Shown: one piece after another, positions 19,215-29,327 of the stretch
Position numbering within the stretch: the first letter of the stretch is position 1
How the letters are laid out: the number at the start of each line of letters is the position of its first letter
Assembly (NCBI GenBank): GCA_000402515.1
Contig: AQRL01000038.1
Span: 37,344 to 101,343 of the forward strand
Reading direction: 5' to 3'
DNA from: Nanoarchaeota archaeon SCGC AAA011-G17
GTDB lineage: Archaea; Nanobdellota; Nanobdellia; SCGC-AAA011-G17
DNA: 64,000 nt
Made by a program: the position numbers and the translations under genes
The notes under the pieces: generated by a model
What the model was told of the DNA's origin: nothing
What the model saw: the letters and a program-made list of their open reading frames with translations, nothing else
Database searches by the model: none

Positions 19215-19963
19215 GGCTTTGCTATCTTCCATAGAAAATTGAAATACTGCTTAAAACTTTCTGCAATTTTTTCATTCTTGATCATAAAGACAAAGGGTTT
19301 TTCTTCCCATAAAAATATATAAACATAGTCTTGAAAGATATCAATGGCTCCTGGGCTAATGTATCCCTTAGGCATATATCTTACTTCACTATATTTTTCT
19401 TTTTCTCTATCTTTCCCTAATGTTTCTTTTATAGAGTTGTCTAAGATTATTTTTAATCTTTGTCTTTTCTGAGCACTTTTTAGATTCATATTTTTAAGAA
19501 AGAGCTGTAAGGATTTAGTTTCATACTGCTGTTCGGAAAACCCCAAGATGTGAATTGTTTCTTTATTAGGGCAATCATCTATTATTTTTTTGAATGCGGT
19601 CTTAAATCCTTCAAATCCTTCAAAAACGGCGGTGTTGGTTTTAAATTCTTTTTGGGTCTTTATTTTTTTTAATTCTGGTACTATTTCTTCAATTTGTTTT
19701 CTTCTTTCTTCTTCTTTTTCAAGAAACTTTTCTGGAGGAGAGGCATCGAAATATTTTCCATCTTTTTGGATAACATAAGTTACCAGCCCCTTAGAAATCA
19801 AGGAATTTAGAGATTCATAAACTCTAGAATTTGAGATTCCTGTCTCTTTTATTATTAATCCGGTAGTAATATTTGGGTTTTTCAGCAGGAATAAGTAAAT
19901 CGTTGCTTCATTCTTTGATAATCCTAATCTGATGAGTTTTTCTTTCATAATTTTGTTAACCAA
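19211..19963 (-). CDS. TrmB-family transcriptional regulator (paralog 3 of 3)
   Basis: 'LGLSKNEATIYLFLLKNPNITTGLIIKETGISNSRVYESLNSLISKGLV' is a TrmB HTH. Confidence 0.7.
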   Translation of the reverse strand: MVNKIMKEKLIRLGLSKNEATIYLFLLKNPNITTGLIIKETGISNSRVYESLNSLISKGLVTYVIQKDGKYFDASPPEKFLEKEEERRKQIEEIVPELKKIKTQKEFKTNTAVFEGFEGFKTAFKKIIDDCPNKETIHILGFSEQQYETKSLQLFLKNMNLKSAQKRQRLKIILDNSIKETLGKDREKEKYSEVRYMPKGYISPGAIDIFQDYVYIFLWEEKPFVFMIKNEKIAESFKQYFNFLWKIAKP

Positions 19964-20034
19964 TATAACTATTTAAATGTTTCTCCTTAACGGGAGAAAT
20001 AATTATTATATCTCTATTTTTATGTAGTCACTTT

Positions 20035-20733
20035 ATGATAAATACAAAACCTCAACTTTCACAAGACTTTGTGAAAATGATTAAGGGAAAGGCCAATGAA
20101 GGAACGTATAGAGTAAATGTAGATGGGATACTAATAGATGTTTTTCCTTATATATTCCCCCCAGAGTCTCCTTTCTCTGAAAGCACTCACACAGTTTATG
20201 ACCATTTTGGACGATTAAATGGAAATAGGGTTTTAGATATTGGAACGGGCACAGGAATACAAGCGATTCAAGCAACCTTAGCGGGTGCTGATGAAGTTGA
20301 TGCTGTAGATATTTATGATAAGGCAGTAGAATGTGCAGATCATAATATAAATTTGAATAGATTAGAAGGTAAAATAAACGTTTGGAAAAGTGATTTATTT
20401 AACAATGTTCCAAAGAAAGAGTATGATTTAATTATAGCTAATTTACCTATTGTTGAGGCTAAGGAAACAGATATTAGATTACATTCTTTATTTGACCCAA
20501 ACTTTGCTTATCATGAAAGATTATTTCAAGATTCTCCAGCATATCTTTCAAATTCAGGAAGAATAACTCTTTGTCATGCTAATCTCCAAAATCAAGGGTT
20601 TGAAAAATTAGAAAAAATAGCCGAAAGATATGGATTTATTCCAAATATTAAAAAATCAGTTAATTCTTTAGGTTATGAATGGAGAAATTATGATTTTATA
20701 AGCACTAAATATACTGGAGATAAAAAACAATGA
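20035..20733 (+). CDS. Class I SAM-dependent methyltransferase
   Basis: Motif I 'VLDIGTGTGIQAI', acidic 'DAVDI', motif IV-like 'IIANLP'. Confidence 0.6.
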   Translation: MINTKPQLSQDFVKMIKGKANEGTYRVNVDGILIDVFPYIFPPESPFSESTHTVYDHFGRLNGNRVLDIGTGTGIQAIQATLAGADEVDAVDIYDKAVECADHNINLNRLEGKINVWKSDLFNNVPKKEYDLIIANLPIVEAKETDIRLHSLFDPNFAYHERLFQDSPAYLSNSGRITLCHANLQNQGFEKLEKIAERYGFIPNIKKSVNSLGYEWRNYDFISTKYTGDKKQ

Positions 20734-21434
20734 ATCCTTTATTGCTAATCTTATGGATTGGAATTATTACGGCATTCTCACTTTTTGGGTCATGGTATGC
20801 TAGGAAATATAATAAACCTGACGCCCTTATTGGGTTATATGTTGCTTTTGTTTTAATAAGTAATATTATCGCTTATAAGATTGTAACTTTTGATTTTGGA
20901 TTTATCACATTTTATGCAACTTCTGCAACTTTAGTTTTTTCAGTTACTTTTCTTTTAACAGATATTGTAAATGAGAAATTTGGAAGAAAAGAAACCCATA
21001 AAATGATTTTTATAGCATTTATAACCCAATTAGCTGTTGCGCTCTTTATTCTGTTGTCTATCTATTTAAAACCCGCACCTTTTTTTACTGACCAAGAAAT
21101 TTTTGCTAAAATATTGGGATTTGCCCCAAGAATTATGATTGCATCATGGATTGCATTTTTAATAAGTGAAAATGTGGATGCTTATATTTTTGCTTGGTTT
21201 AAAAATCTCACAAAAGGAAAACACTTATGGACAAGAAATATTTTTAGTTCTATACCATCAATGGCTTTAGATACCTTAATATTTGTAACAATTGCCTTTT
21301 ATGGTGTGCAGCCCCTTTCACCCCTAATTACTGGGGTTCTTGTAATAAAATGGCTTGTGGGAATTGTTGATATCCCCTTTATGTATTTAAATAGATGGAT
21401 AATAAATTTGAAAATAAAACAAATTCTAGAATAG
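20730..21434 (+). CDS. VUT/YhhQ-family membrane protein (queuosine-precursor transporter-like)
   Basis: ~230 aa with 6 TM helices. 'FLLTDIVNEKFG' resembles the YhhQ 'ATDLTVRIFG' core. It is translationally coupled to the MTase. Confidence 0.5.
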   Translation: MNPLLLILWIGIITAFSLFGSWYARKYNKPDALIGLYVAFVLISNIIAYKIVTFDFGFITFYATSATLVFSVTFLLTDIVNEKFGRKETHKMIFIAFITQLAVALFILLSIYLKPAPFFTDQEIFAKILGFAPRIMIASWIAFLISENVDAYIFAWFKNLTKGKHLWTRNIFSSIPSMALDTLIFVTIAFYGVQPLSPLITGVLVIKWLVGIVDIPFMYLNRWIINLKIKQILE

Positions 21435-21463
21435 AAACTTTAAGGGAGCAGTATTCTCTTTTA

Positions 21464-21494
21464 GAAAAAACAGAAGAGTTTGGGTGAGTTTTAG
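21464..21494. repeat. 31-bp direct repeat, copy B (relic duplicate of the rnhB 3' end)
   Basis: Matches 19184..19214. Confidence 0.8.
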
Positions 21495-21507
21495 AAAGAT
21501 TAGTAAA

Positions 21508-21870
21508 TTACTTAATGTTTCTCTGTCTTTCTTCTAACAATAATTTGTCTGCTTTATCAAAATCTGATTTATTAGTTAGAGAATCGGATGTCCTTGTGAG
21601 AATCTTTTCTAATTTAAATATATCTCTTACCACTAATTTATCTACTCTTATCCTATCAATTGTGTTATTTCCATCAAAATTCTGATATCTGGAAACTTTT
21701 CTTCCATTTCTAGTTAATATTTCTTCGGAACCATCTTTTAGTTGAGTGTATTCAATTTTATTTCCAATACGAAAGTACCCTGTGGCTCTTGAGTTTGAAG
21801 TGAAGTTTGGATTATCAATTTTGTAATTATTAAGACTTCTCACACCAAATGTTAAAGCAGAAATCGTCAA
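21508..21870 (-). CDS. Hypothetical membrane-anchored protein (TTG start; the frame is open further upstream through a hydrophobic helix)
   Basis: ORF. The frame upstream reads '...YYQYVGLWVTGIALTISALTFGV'. Confidence 0.35.
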   Translation of the reverse strand: MTISALTFGVRSLNNYKIDNPNFTSNSRATGYFRIGNKIEYTQLKDGSEEILTRNGRKVSRYQNFDGNNTIDRIRVDKLVVRDIFKLEKILTRTSDSLTNKSDFDKADKLLLEERQRNIK

Positions 21871-22056
21871 TGCTATACCTGTAACCCAAAGTCCAACATA
21901 TTGATAATATTTTATACTACTTATTAGTGATTAAACTATATATAAAGGTTTCTTTTTTACACTAATTAAAATTTATACCATAAATCTATTATTTGATTTG
22001 CGTTTATCAAGCGATTTTTTAGAAATGTTTAAATATCTCTGTTTACCAATTTTGGA

Positions 22057-25000
22057 GTGATGGCAGTAATAGAAAAGATTAAGATGCAGGGATTTAAGTC
22101 CTTTGCCAAGTCTACTGAAGTTCCTTTAGGCAAGGATTTTAGTGTTATACTAGGCCCTAATGGCTCTGGTAAATGCCTAATTGGCAGTTCTTTAGTACAG
22201 TTAAATGATGGCTCCTTGGTTGAAATAGGTAAAATAGTTGAGGATAAATTGAAGACCAACTCTATTAAAAAAATAGATGATGGCTTTATAGCTGAAGGGG
22301 ATGATACTAAGATTATTTCTTTAAATTTAAATAACCTGAAAAATGAGGCTAAAGAGATTAAGGCTTATGTTAAAAGGGAATCTCCTGAATATTTATTAAG
22401 AATTAAGACAAGAAGCGGCAGGGAAATTACCAGTACAGAATATCATCCTTTATTTGTTTTTGAGGAGAATAGGATTAGGGCTGTTAAAGCTGACGAACTA
22501 AAAATAGGGGTTAAAATAGCTGTTCCGAGGCAGATTAGTATTGGAAAAAATAATTATTTTTATGAGTTAATTGATTTAATTGACAAAGGTGATAGAATTT
22601 ATGTTTCTTATAATGAAGAGTTTATTTGTATTTTAAATAAGTTAAAAAAATCTACATGGAAAGACTTGGCTAATGAGATAGGAATTCCTTTGAATGCTAT
22701 TAAGGGACTATTAGATAAACAGGCTATTAATTTTGCTTATTTAATTAAACTACTTAAACACTCTAAATTAAGTAATCAGGAAATAATAAAACTCATTCCT
22801 TATGTTAAATCAAAAGGCATTGAAAGAAAATATAAAGTTCCATGGTGTAATTCCAGAGAATTTTCAAGATTTTTTGGATATTTAATTGCTGAAGGAAGGT
22901 TACCAGAATCAAGTAATCAAATATGGTTTACAAATGGGGATGAGGAGATTGTTAGTGATTATGCTAATCTAGTCGCTCATTTGTTTGAAGTTAAGCCAAG
23001 CATTAATGAATATAAAGAGGGATGCTGGGATGTTTTGTTTTATTCTGTTCCAATAAGACAGATTTTAGATAAATTTGGCATGCATGTTGGTGGAAAAACC
23101 GAAAATAAAGAACTAACTAATTTATTTTTAAAAAACAGTTCTGATATAGAATTGGGAGAATTTTTATCCGGACTTTATTCCGGGGATGGCTATGTGGGAA
23201 AAAGCAGCATTGATATAATAACCAAGAGCAGAAAGTTGGGTTTTAATATTGAGAATATTTTGGTAAGATTGGGCATATTATTTAGCTCAAGATATAAAAT
23301 TAAAATTGCTACCAACAGTGGTTTTAGCGGGATTTATAGAGAAATTTCAGTATATGGCGTTGAGAATTTCTTAAAGTTTAAAAAATATGTCAATATAGTC
23401 CATAATTCAAAGAGAGAAAGGCTTGATAATCTTTTGGGCGTTAAGTCAAATCCAAATTTAGATGTTATAGATGTTAATAATTTAATAAGGAAGGTTGTTA
23501 AAGAGTTTAATATAAAAATAAAATCAAATAAGAAAGAATTTCCAAGATTAGGTGCCTATTGTTATAAACAATGTTTACCGAGCAGGAGCGGTATAAACTA
23601 TTTGATTGATAATTTGTTTTCTAACTCTAATGAACATGAGAATTTATTACTGTTAAAACAAATAGCTAACTCTGATATTTATTGGGATGAAATTATTGAG
23701 ATTGAAAAGATAAAAAGCAATGAGAAATGGGTTTATGACCTATGTATTGAAGATAATCATAATTTTATTGCGAATAATATATTTGTACATAACAGCAACA
23801 TTACAGATGCAATATGTTTTGTTCTCGGAAGATTGAGCGCCAAAAGCCTTAGAGCAGACAAGAGCGCTAATTTAATCTATAATGGGGGGAAAAAGGGGGA
23901 GCCTGCAAAAGAGGCAGAGGTAAGCATTTTGTTTGATAATTCTAATAAGTTATTTCCATTAAATGTCAGCAAGATAAAGATTACAAGAAGCGTCAGAGAA
24001 AACGGGCAGAGCAAGTACAAAATAAATGATGAAATCAGGACAAGGCAGCAGGTCATAGATTTATTGGCTGCTGGAAAGATAAATCCAGATGGGTATAATA
24101 TTGTTCTGCAGGGAGATATTACACATGTTACTGAGATGCCTACAGAGGAGAGGAGAAAGGTTATTGAGGATATTTCCGGCATTGGTGTTTATGAGGAAAA
24201 AAAAGAAAAGGCAATTAATGAATTAACAAAGGTTGATGTGAAATTAAATGAGGCAAGCATTGTTCTGAAGGAGAGAGAAACCTATCTTAGTGAGCTAAAA
24301 AAAGACAGGGATCATGCTGCTAAATACAAGGATCTTGAAGGCAATATCAAGAGGAATAAGGCTACCTTTTTGCATGTTCAGATTAATGACAAACAAAAGA
24401 AGAGGGAAGAGTTTGAAGGCAAGATTAATAAAAATCAGGAAGAGGCTGATAAGATAAGAAAGACGGTTGATGAATTGAGAGAGGAAATTAACAAAAATAA
24501 GGAAGAGATTAGTTCTATCAGCAAGGAAATAGAGGAGAAGGGAGAGAAAGAGCAGGTTAATCTTCACAGAGAGATTGAAACTGTTAAAGAGCAGAAGGCC
24601 AGAGACCAGGCAAGAATGGAGGGTTTGGGCAATGAGCTTAACAGGATTAATGAGAGAAAGAAACAATTAGAGATTGATTTAAGAGAAATAACTGAAAAGA
24701 TAAAACAACTGGAAAATGAGAGAAATAATTTAACAAAAAGAAGAAAGATTATTGTTGAAAAAGAGAGCATCATTGAAAAGAAATTAGGAGGAAAAAGAGG
24801 AGATAACAAGGAAGAGAGGGATTTAGACGAGATTGAAAAAAAGCTGGATGAAAAACAATTTATCCTGGATGAATTAAATAACAAGAAAACAATTTTGTTA
24901 AGGGATAAAGACAGATTAGACACACAGATAAATTCTCTGAATAAATTAAGCGGCGGAGATGAATTAAAAAAATTAAAAGAGTTTAAAGAGAAATTTAAAG

Positions 25001-27072
25001 AGGTTTCCAGTAATCTTAATAGTTCTTTAAAAGATAATGATAATATTGTTTCACAGCTTTCCAAGGCAAGAAGCAAATTAAGAGAGATAAGCGAGGAGCA
25101 GGCCAGATTAAGCATAAGAGAGGTTAGTTTCAAAGAAGGGGCTTATGGCGACCTTGCTTTAAACAAGATAAAAGAGCTTAGAATGAATGGGGTGTATGGG
25201 ACAATAGCTGAGCTTGGTGAGGTTGACAAGAAGTTTTCTATGGCTTTGGAGGTTGCTGCCGGCTCCAGAATAAAAAGTATTGTTGTTGAGGATGATTCTA
25301 TTGCTGCCAAGTGCATCAAATATTTAAAAGACAATAAACTAGGTGTTGTTACTTTCCTGCCTTTGAACAAAATAAAGGCTCCTGAAGCAATTGATAAAAA
25401 AGTGGGTTATGGCATTGCCCTGAATCTAATAAAATTTGACAACAAATTCAGCAGGGCATTTGGCTATGTTTTTGGAAATACAATTGTTGTTGAGAATATA
25501 AACCAGGCAAGAAATATCGGCATTGGAAAGGACAGGATGGTTACTTTAGATGGGGATTTAGTTGAGGGCTCTGGAGCAATGATTGGTGGTTTCAGAAGGC
25601 AAAAAACAGGATTTAAACAGATGGATTTTACAAAGAACCTTGAAGAGCTTAATAATGAGATTGGAAGATTAAGAGAGATTGTAGATAGTTTAGAGAAGAA
25701 AAAATTAGAGAATGAGGATAATGTTTATCTGTTAAGAAACGATAAGTCTGAATTAGAGGGAGAGATTATAAAACTGGAGAAGAGCTTTGGCGGGGAAGAA
25801 GAGAAAAATGAAAGAGAATCAGCTGTTAAAAATCTAAATAGTGTTGAAAGGGAATTAAATAATGCTGAAGCAAATTACAATAAATTGCTTAAGGATGTTG
25901 AAGAATTAAAAAATAAAAAAAGCTCTTTGAGAGAGAGTGTAAGCAAGATAAGAGGAAACAAAGAAACTGATAAAATAGATTCTGAGTTCAGGCAGATTAG
26001 AGAAGAAAGAATTGTTTTGGAGAATGAATTAAAAAATATTGAGATACAGATAAGAGACGGATTAATTCCAGAAAGAGAAAATATAATCAGGATTATTAAA
26101 GAGCATGAAAAAGAGATTTTAGAATTCCAGAAAGAGAGCGAGGATATCAGTGATAGACTTCTTAAAAATCTTAATCTTTTAAAAGATAAGGAGAGGAATG
26201 AAAAGGAATTTTATTCTAATTTCAAAAATTTATTTAACAAGAGAAACAAATTAAGCGATGAAATACAAAAGAGGGAATTAAAGAGTGTAAGTGAGTATAG
26301 CAGAGTTAGGGCAATTGAGGACAGAACTAACAGCCTGAATATTGATAGGGCAAAGGTATGTGCTGAATTAGAAGGTCTTAATGCTGAATATGAGCAGTTT
26401 AAGGAAATTCAATTAAGAAAAGGAATTGAAATGGATAAATTAAAAGAGGAAATCAGAGATTTTGAAAAGATGATGAATAATCTTGGGAATGTTAATCTAA
26501 GAGCCTTGGAGATTTATGATGAGATTGAAAAGGAGTATAATTCTTTACAGGACAAGGCTGCTACACTAAAATTAGAGAAAGAGGATGTACTAAAGATGAT
26601 TAGTGAGATAGAAAGCAAGAAAGGAGATATGTTTATGAAGAGCTATTCTGAGATAAGCAGGAATTTTGAGAGAATCTTTTCCGAATTGACTGACAAGGGA
26701 ACTGCACATCTTATTTTGGATGATAAGGACAATCCATTTAACGGCGGATTGAAGATTATGGTAAGGATTGCTAAAGGGAAATATCTGGATATCAAGAGCT
26801 TATCCGGGGGAGAAAAGACTCTGACTGCCTTGGCTTTCATATTTGCTATACAGGAATATGACCCTGGGCATTTCTATGTCTTTGATGAGGTTGATGCGGC
26901 TCTGGACAAGACTAATTCCTCTAAATTAGCTAAATTGTTAAGAAAGTACAGCGATAAGGCGCAGTATATTGTTATAAGCCATAATGACAATTTGATTTCT
27001 GAGGCTAATCAGCTATACGGCGTTAGTATGACTGAGAATGGAATGAGCAAGGTTATCAGCTTAAAGGTTTAA
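22057..27072 (+). CDS. smc: Chromosome segregation protein SMC interrupted by an in-frame intein
   Basis: The extein reads 'FKSFAKSTEVPLGKDFSVILGPNGSGK|SNITDAICFVLG' (SMC N-terminal Walker A). It has long coiled coils. C-terminal 'LSGGEKTLTALAFIFAIQ' (signature motif) and 'FYVFDEVDAALD' (Walker B) are present. Confidence 0.85.
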   Translation: MMAVIEKIKMQGFKSFAKSTEVPLGKDFSVILGPNGSGKCLIGSSLVQLNDGSLVEIGKIVEDKLKTNSIKKIDDGFIAEGDDTKIISLNLNNLKNEAKEIKAYVKRESPEYLLRIKTRSGREITSTEYHPLFVFEENRIRAVKADELKIGVKIAVPRQISIGKNNYFYELIDLIDKGDRIYVSYNEEFICILNKLKKSTWKDLANEIGIPLNAIKGLLDKQAINFAYLIKLLKHSKLSNQEIIKLIPYVKSKGIERKYKVPWCNSREFSRFFGYLIAEGRLPESSNQIWFTNGDEEIVSDYANLVAHLFEVKPSINEYKEGCWDVLFYSVPIRQILDKFGMHVGGKTENKELTNLFLKNSSDIELGEFLSGLYSGDGYVGKSSIDIITKSRKLGFNIENILVRLGILFSSRYKIKIATNSGFSGIYREISVYGVENFLKFKKYVNIVHNSKRERLDNLLGVKSNPNLDVIDVNNLIRKVVKEFNIKIKSNKKEFPRLGAYCYKQCLPSRSGINYLIDNLFSNSNEHENLLLLKQIANSDIYWDEIIEIEKIKSNEKWVYDLCIEDNHNFIANNIFVHNSNITDAICFVLGRLSAKSLRADKSANLIYNGGKKGEPAKEAEVSILFDNSNKLFPLNVSKIKITRSVRENGQSKYKINDEIRTRQQVIDLLAAGKINPDGYNIVLQGDITHVTEMPTEERRKVIEDISGIGVYEEKKEKAINELTKVDVKLNEASIVLKERETYLSELKKDRDHAAKYKDLEGNIKRNKATFLHVQINDKQKKREEFEGKINKNQEEADKIRKTVDELREEINKNKEEISSISKEIEEKGEKEQVNLHREIETVKEQKARDQARMEGLGNELNRINERKKQLEIDLREITEKIKQLENERNNLTKRRKIIVEKESIIEKKLGGKRGDNKEERDLDEIEKKLDEKQFILDELNNKKTILLRDKDRLDTQINSLNKLSGGDELKKLKEFKEKFKEVSSNLNSSLKDNDNIVSQLSKARSKLREISEEQARLSIREVSFKEGAYGDLALNKIKELRMNGVYGTIAELGEVDKKFSMALEVAAGSRIKSIVVEDDSIAAKCIKYLKDNKLGVVTFLPLNKIKAPEAIDKKVGYGIALNLIKFDNKFSRAFGYVFGNTIVVENINQARNIGIGKDRMVTLDGDLVEGSGAMIGGFRRQKTGFKQMDFTKNLEELNNEIGRLREIVDSLEKKKLENEDNVYLLRNDKSELEGEIIKLEKSFGGEEEKNERESAVKNLNSVERELNNAEANYNKLLKDVEELKNKKSSLRESVSKIRGNKETDKIDSEFRQIREERIVLENELKNIEIQIRDGLIPERENIIRIIKEHEKEILEFQKESEDISDRLLKNLNLLKDKERNEKEFYSNFKNLFNKRNKLSDEIQKRELKSVSEYSRVRAIEDRTNSLNIDRAKVCAELEGLNAEYEQFKEIQLRKGIEMDKLKEEIRDFEKMMNNLGNVNLRALEIYDEIEKEYNSLQDKAATLKLEKEDVLKMISEIESKKGDMFMKSYSEISRNFERIFSELTDKGTAHLILDDKDNPFNGGLKIMVRIAKGKYLDIKSLSGGEKTLTALAFIFAIQEYDPGHFYVFDEVDAALDKTNSSKLAKLLRKYSDKAQYIVISHNDNLISEANQLYGVSMTENGMSKVISLKV
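22174..23793 (+). mobile_element. Intein (540 aa) with LAGLIDADG homing-endonuclease domain, inserted between Lys and Ser of the SMC Walker-A motif
   Basis: It starts 'CLIGSSLVQLNDG' and ends 'NFIANNIFVHN', followed by Ser+1. DOD motifs are 'FFGYLIAEGRL' and 'FLSGLYSGDGYV'. Confidence 0.85.
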
Positions 27073-28083
27073 TCTTTTTTCTGCTGTATTTAGTATCATA
27101 TGGAGCATTTCTGGATAAGAGTATTTTGCGAATGAAGCAGCTCTTGCAAGATGCCCGTCCCAGCACCATCCAGGATTTGGGTTTATTTCAAGAAGTTTTG
27201 GAATTCCCTTTGAATTTAAACGCCAGTCAAATCTTGCATAGTCTCTGCATTCAAGAGCTTCAAATAAAGTTAAAGAGCCATTAACAATTTTTTTTCTTGT
27301 CTTATAATGAAGGTTTGCTAAAACAGGACGAATGCTATAATATGGTGAGCTCTCATCCCATTTTGCCTCTCTTCCGCAAATATGTGGTGAATCTTTCGGC
27401 AAACCAGAGTAATCTTCTTTTATTAGTGGAAGAAGTTCAAATAAACCTGGATTTCCAATAATACCCAAGGTTATATCATCACCCTGCAAAAATTCTTCAA
27501 TCAGGATTGGATCTTCAGAAACCCGGCAAAGCTCTGAAACTGCCTGCTCGAGCTCTGATAAATTATTAGCAACGCTTTTTTGATTTATATTAAGGCTTCC
27601 ATCACCATAATTTGTTTTGACAATGACTGGGTAATTTTCAATAGATAGTTTTTCAAGATCTTTTCTTTTATTTATCATTACTCCTTCTGGAATCTGGATC
27701 TTACGTTCTTTTGCTATATTTTTTACAAGAGATTTATCATAACAGTTAACCATACACATTTTTCCGGCGCCAGTATAGTGAATACTAAAAAAATCTAACA
27801 TCACTGGGATACGATCTTCTTGTTTGGGGTCGTTCATATAACCCTCATCGCATAAATTAAATGCAAGGTATATTTCTTTTCTTTGAAAGAACAAAGAATA
27901 GAATAAGTTTTCATGATCGTCAAAATAATCAAATTGATAGCCTTCTAGTGTAGCAAGGGCCTCTTTAAGTCTTTCAACAGTCTCTTTGTCATCTTGATCA
28001 AATTTATTTCCCGGCTTGATTGGGTCAGGCTTGGTAGGATCACCTAAGATAACTGCTATTCTTTTTAGGTTTATGTCTGTCAT
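27061..28083 (-). CDS. ATP-grasp family protein (D-Ala-D-Ala ligase-like)
   Basis: 'IAVILGD', 'YPVIVKTNYGDGS' and 'LLEINPNPGW' resemble the Ddl/ATP-grasp core. It is convergent with smc and overlaps it by 12 nt. Confidence 0.5.
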   Translation of the reverse strand: MTDINLKRIAVILGDPTKPDPIKPGNKFDQDDKETVERLKEALATLEGYQFDYFDDHENLFYSLFFQRKEIYLAFNLCDEGYMNDPKQEDRIPVMLDFFSIHYTGAGKMCMVNCYDKSLVKNIAKERKIQIPEGVMINKRKDLEKLSIENYPVIVKTNYGDGSLNINQKSVANNLSELEQAVSELCRVSEDPILIEEFLQGDDITLGIIGNPGLFELLPLIKEDYSGLPKDSPHICGREAKWDESSPYYSIRPVLANLHYKTRKKIVNGSLTLFEALECRDYARFDWRLNSKGIPKLLEINPNPGWCWDGHLARAASFAKYSYPEMLHMILNTAEKRLNL

Positions 28084-28156
28084 TTTTTAGTTAGCTGTTA
28101 AAAAGGAAACTTTTGTTTTTATAATGTTCTCTCTAAGATGTTATAAAAAGAAAAAA

Positions 28157-28924
28157 TTATTGAAGATATATTTCTACTTCATTCCCAGTTAGCATTTCTA
28201 CAATCCCATCTAGATTTCTTGGGTCTACTTCTTTAACAAGATCTGTTCTACCAGGATACACATATTTTGCATCTGCTCCTGCTCCGTATAAAACATCTCC
28301 TTCTTTTATATCAGTTATGGATTTTAATAAAGGGTAACCAGTTATTCCAGCAATTTCTCCTAAATCGAAACCAGAAACTTCTGTTGCAATCCAATAACGT
28401 AATGCAAAATTATCCTGCCATGTTGCAGGTCTAGCATCTCCATACCAATAGGTGGGGAAATTACCAGAACCAATAGGAAATTGTATATCACTTGTCCAAT
28501 ATTGACCTACCCCCAGTTCTGCCCATTTATTATAGTTTCTTTGCAATAATGAATCTCTTCTTTCGATTAAATTAGCATCAACAGTTACTGGTGTTTTTAA
28601 GATAAAATCTACCCCTATCCTATAAACAATATCATTGTATTCAAAAATTCCCTTATAAATATCAAAAGCACCTATCTTTACTGAATCTATTTTTGATGGG
28701 AGGGTTGTATCTGAACCATAAGGTGGAAATGGATATATACCTATTTTTTTAAGAGTTGTTGAATCTAGGGTAAGTATTATTGGGTCATTAGGAATGTTAT
28801 TGGTTGGCAGTTGATTTTCTGTAGAAGGAAGGTTGTTAGGTCCTGTAATACTTAATAAATTGTTTCTATCTTCAGAGCAAGCTAAGGCACTAATAAATGC
28901 TAGTGGAATAATTAATCTTTTCAT
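28157..28924 (-). CDS. Secreted/lipoprotein-like protein (signal peptide with 'LAC' lipobox-like site)
   Basis: N-terminus 'MKRLIIPLAFISALACSED'. No recognisable domain. Confidence 0.4.
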   Translation of the reverse strand: MKRLIIPLAFISALACSEDRNNLLSITGPNNLPSTENQLPTNNIPNDPIILTLDSTTLKKIGIYPFPPYGSDTTLPSKIDSVKIGAFDIYKGIFEYNDIVYRIGVDFILKTPVTVDANLIERRDSLLQRNYNKWAELGVGQYWTSDIQFPIGSGNFPTYWYGDARPATWQDNFALRYWIATEVSGFDLGEIAGITGYPLLKSITDIKEGDVLYGAGADAKYVYPGRTDLVKEVDPRNLDGIVEMLTGNEVEIYLQ

Positions 28925-28936
28925 CTTATTTCTTCC

Positions 28937-29278
28937 TTATCCTTCTCTTTTATCCTTGTAGCTTTTTATTCTATCTTTATATATTATGTATTGATGTATA
29001 AAATCTCTATATAATGGTCTAATAATACTGGATAACATTAATAATGTACTAAAATCAAATTCTGTTTTATTAAAATATTCTGTTGTATTTATTCCTAAGT
29101 AAGAATGTATTGGTCTATCCATCCATGGGTTTGCATCTATTGCACCTGTAAATCCTATCAAACCAATAAGTAATTCAGAACCGGAAACTATTAATTCTAC
29201 ACCATCTCTACCAATTTTTTTGTTCATTATTGTTTTTAATTTATTTTTAATGTTCATTTTTAATATGGTTCCCCCCAA
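28937..29278 (-). CDS. Hypothetical protein
   Basis: ORF in the operon context of the surface cluster. Confidence 0.3.
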   Translation of the reverse strand: MGGTILKMNIKNKLKTIMNKKIGRDGVELIVSGSELLIGLIGFTGAIDANPWMDRPIHSYLGINTTEYFNKTEFDFSTLLMLSSIIRPLYRDFIHQYIIYKDRIKSYKDKREG

Positions 29279-29327
29279 GGTTTATAAGTTTTTTTAAAAA
29301 AAATAAAAAAAAGAAAAAGGGTTTTTC

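Noticed and set aside
23877-25370. Minus-strand ORFs inside smc
   Set aside because: They are antisense to the SMC coiled-coil region. The Leu/Ser-rich products arise from the AAG/GAA-rich sense strand.
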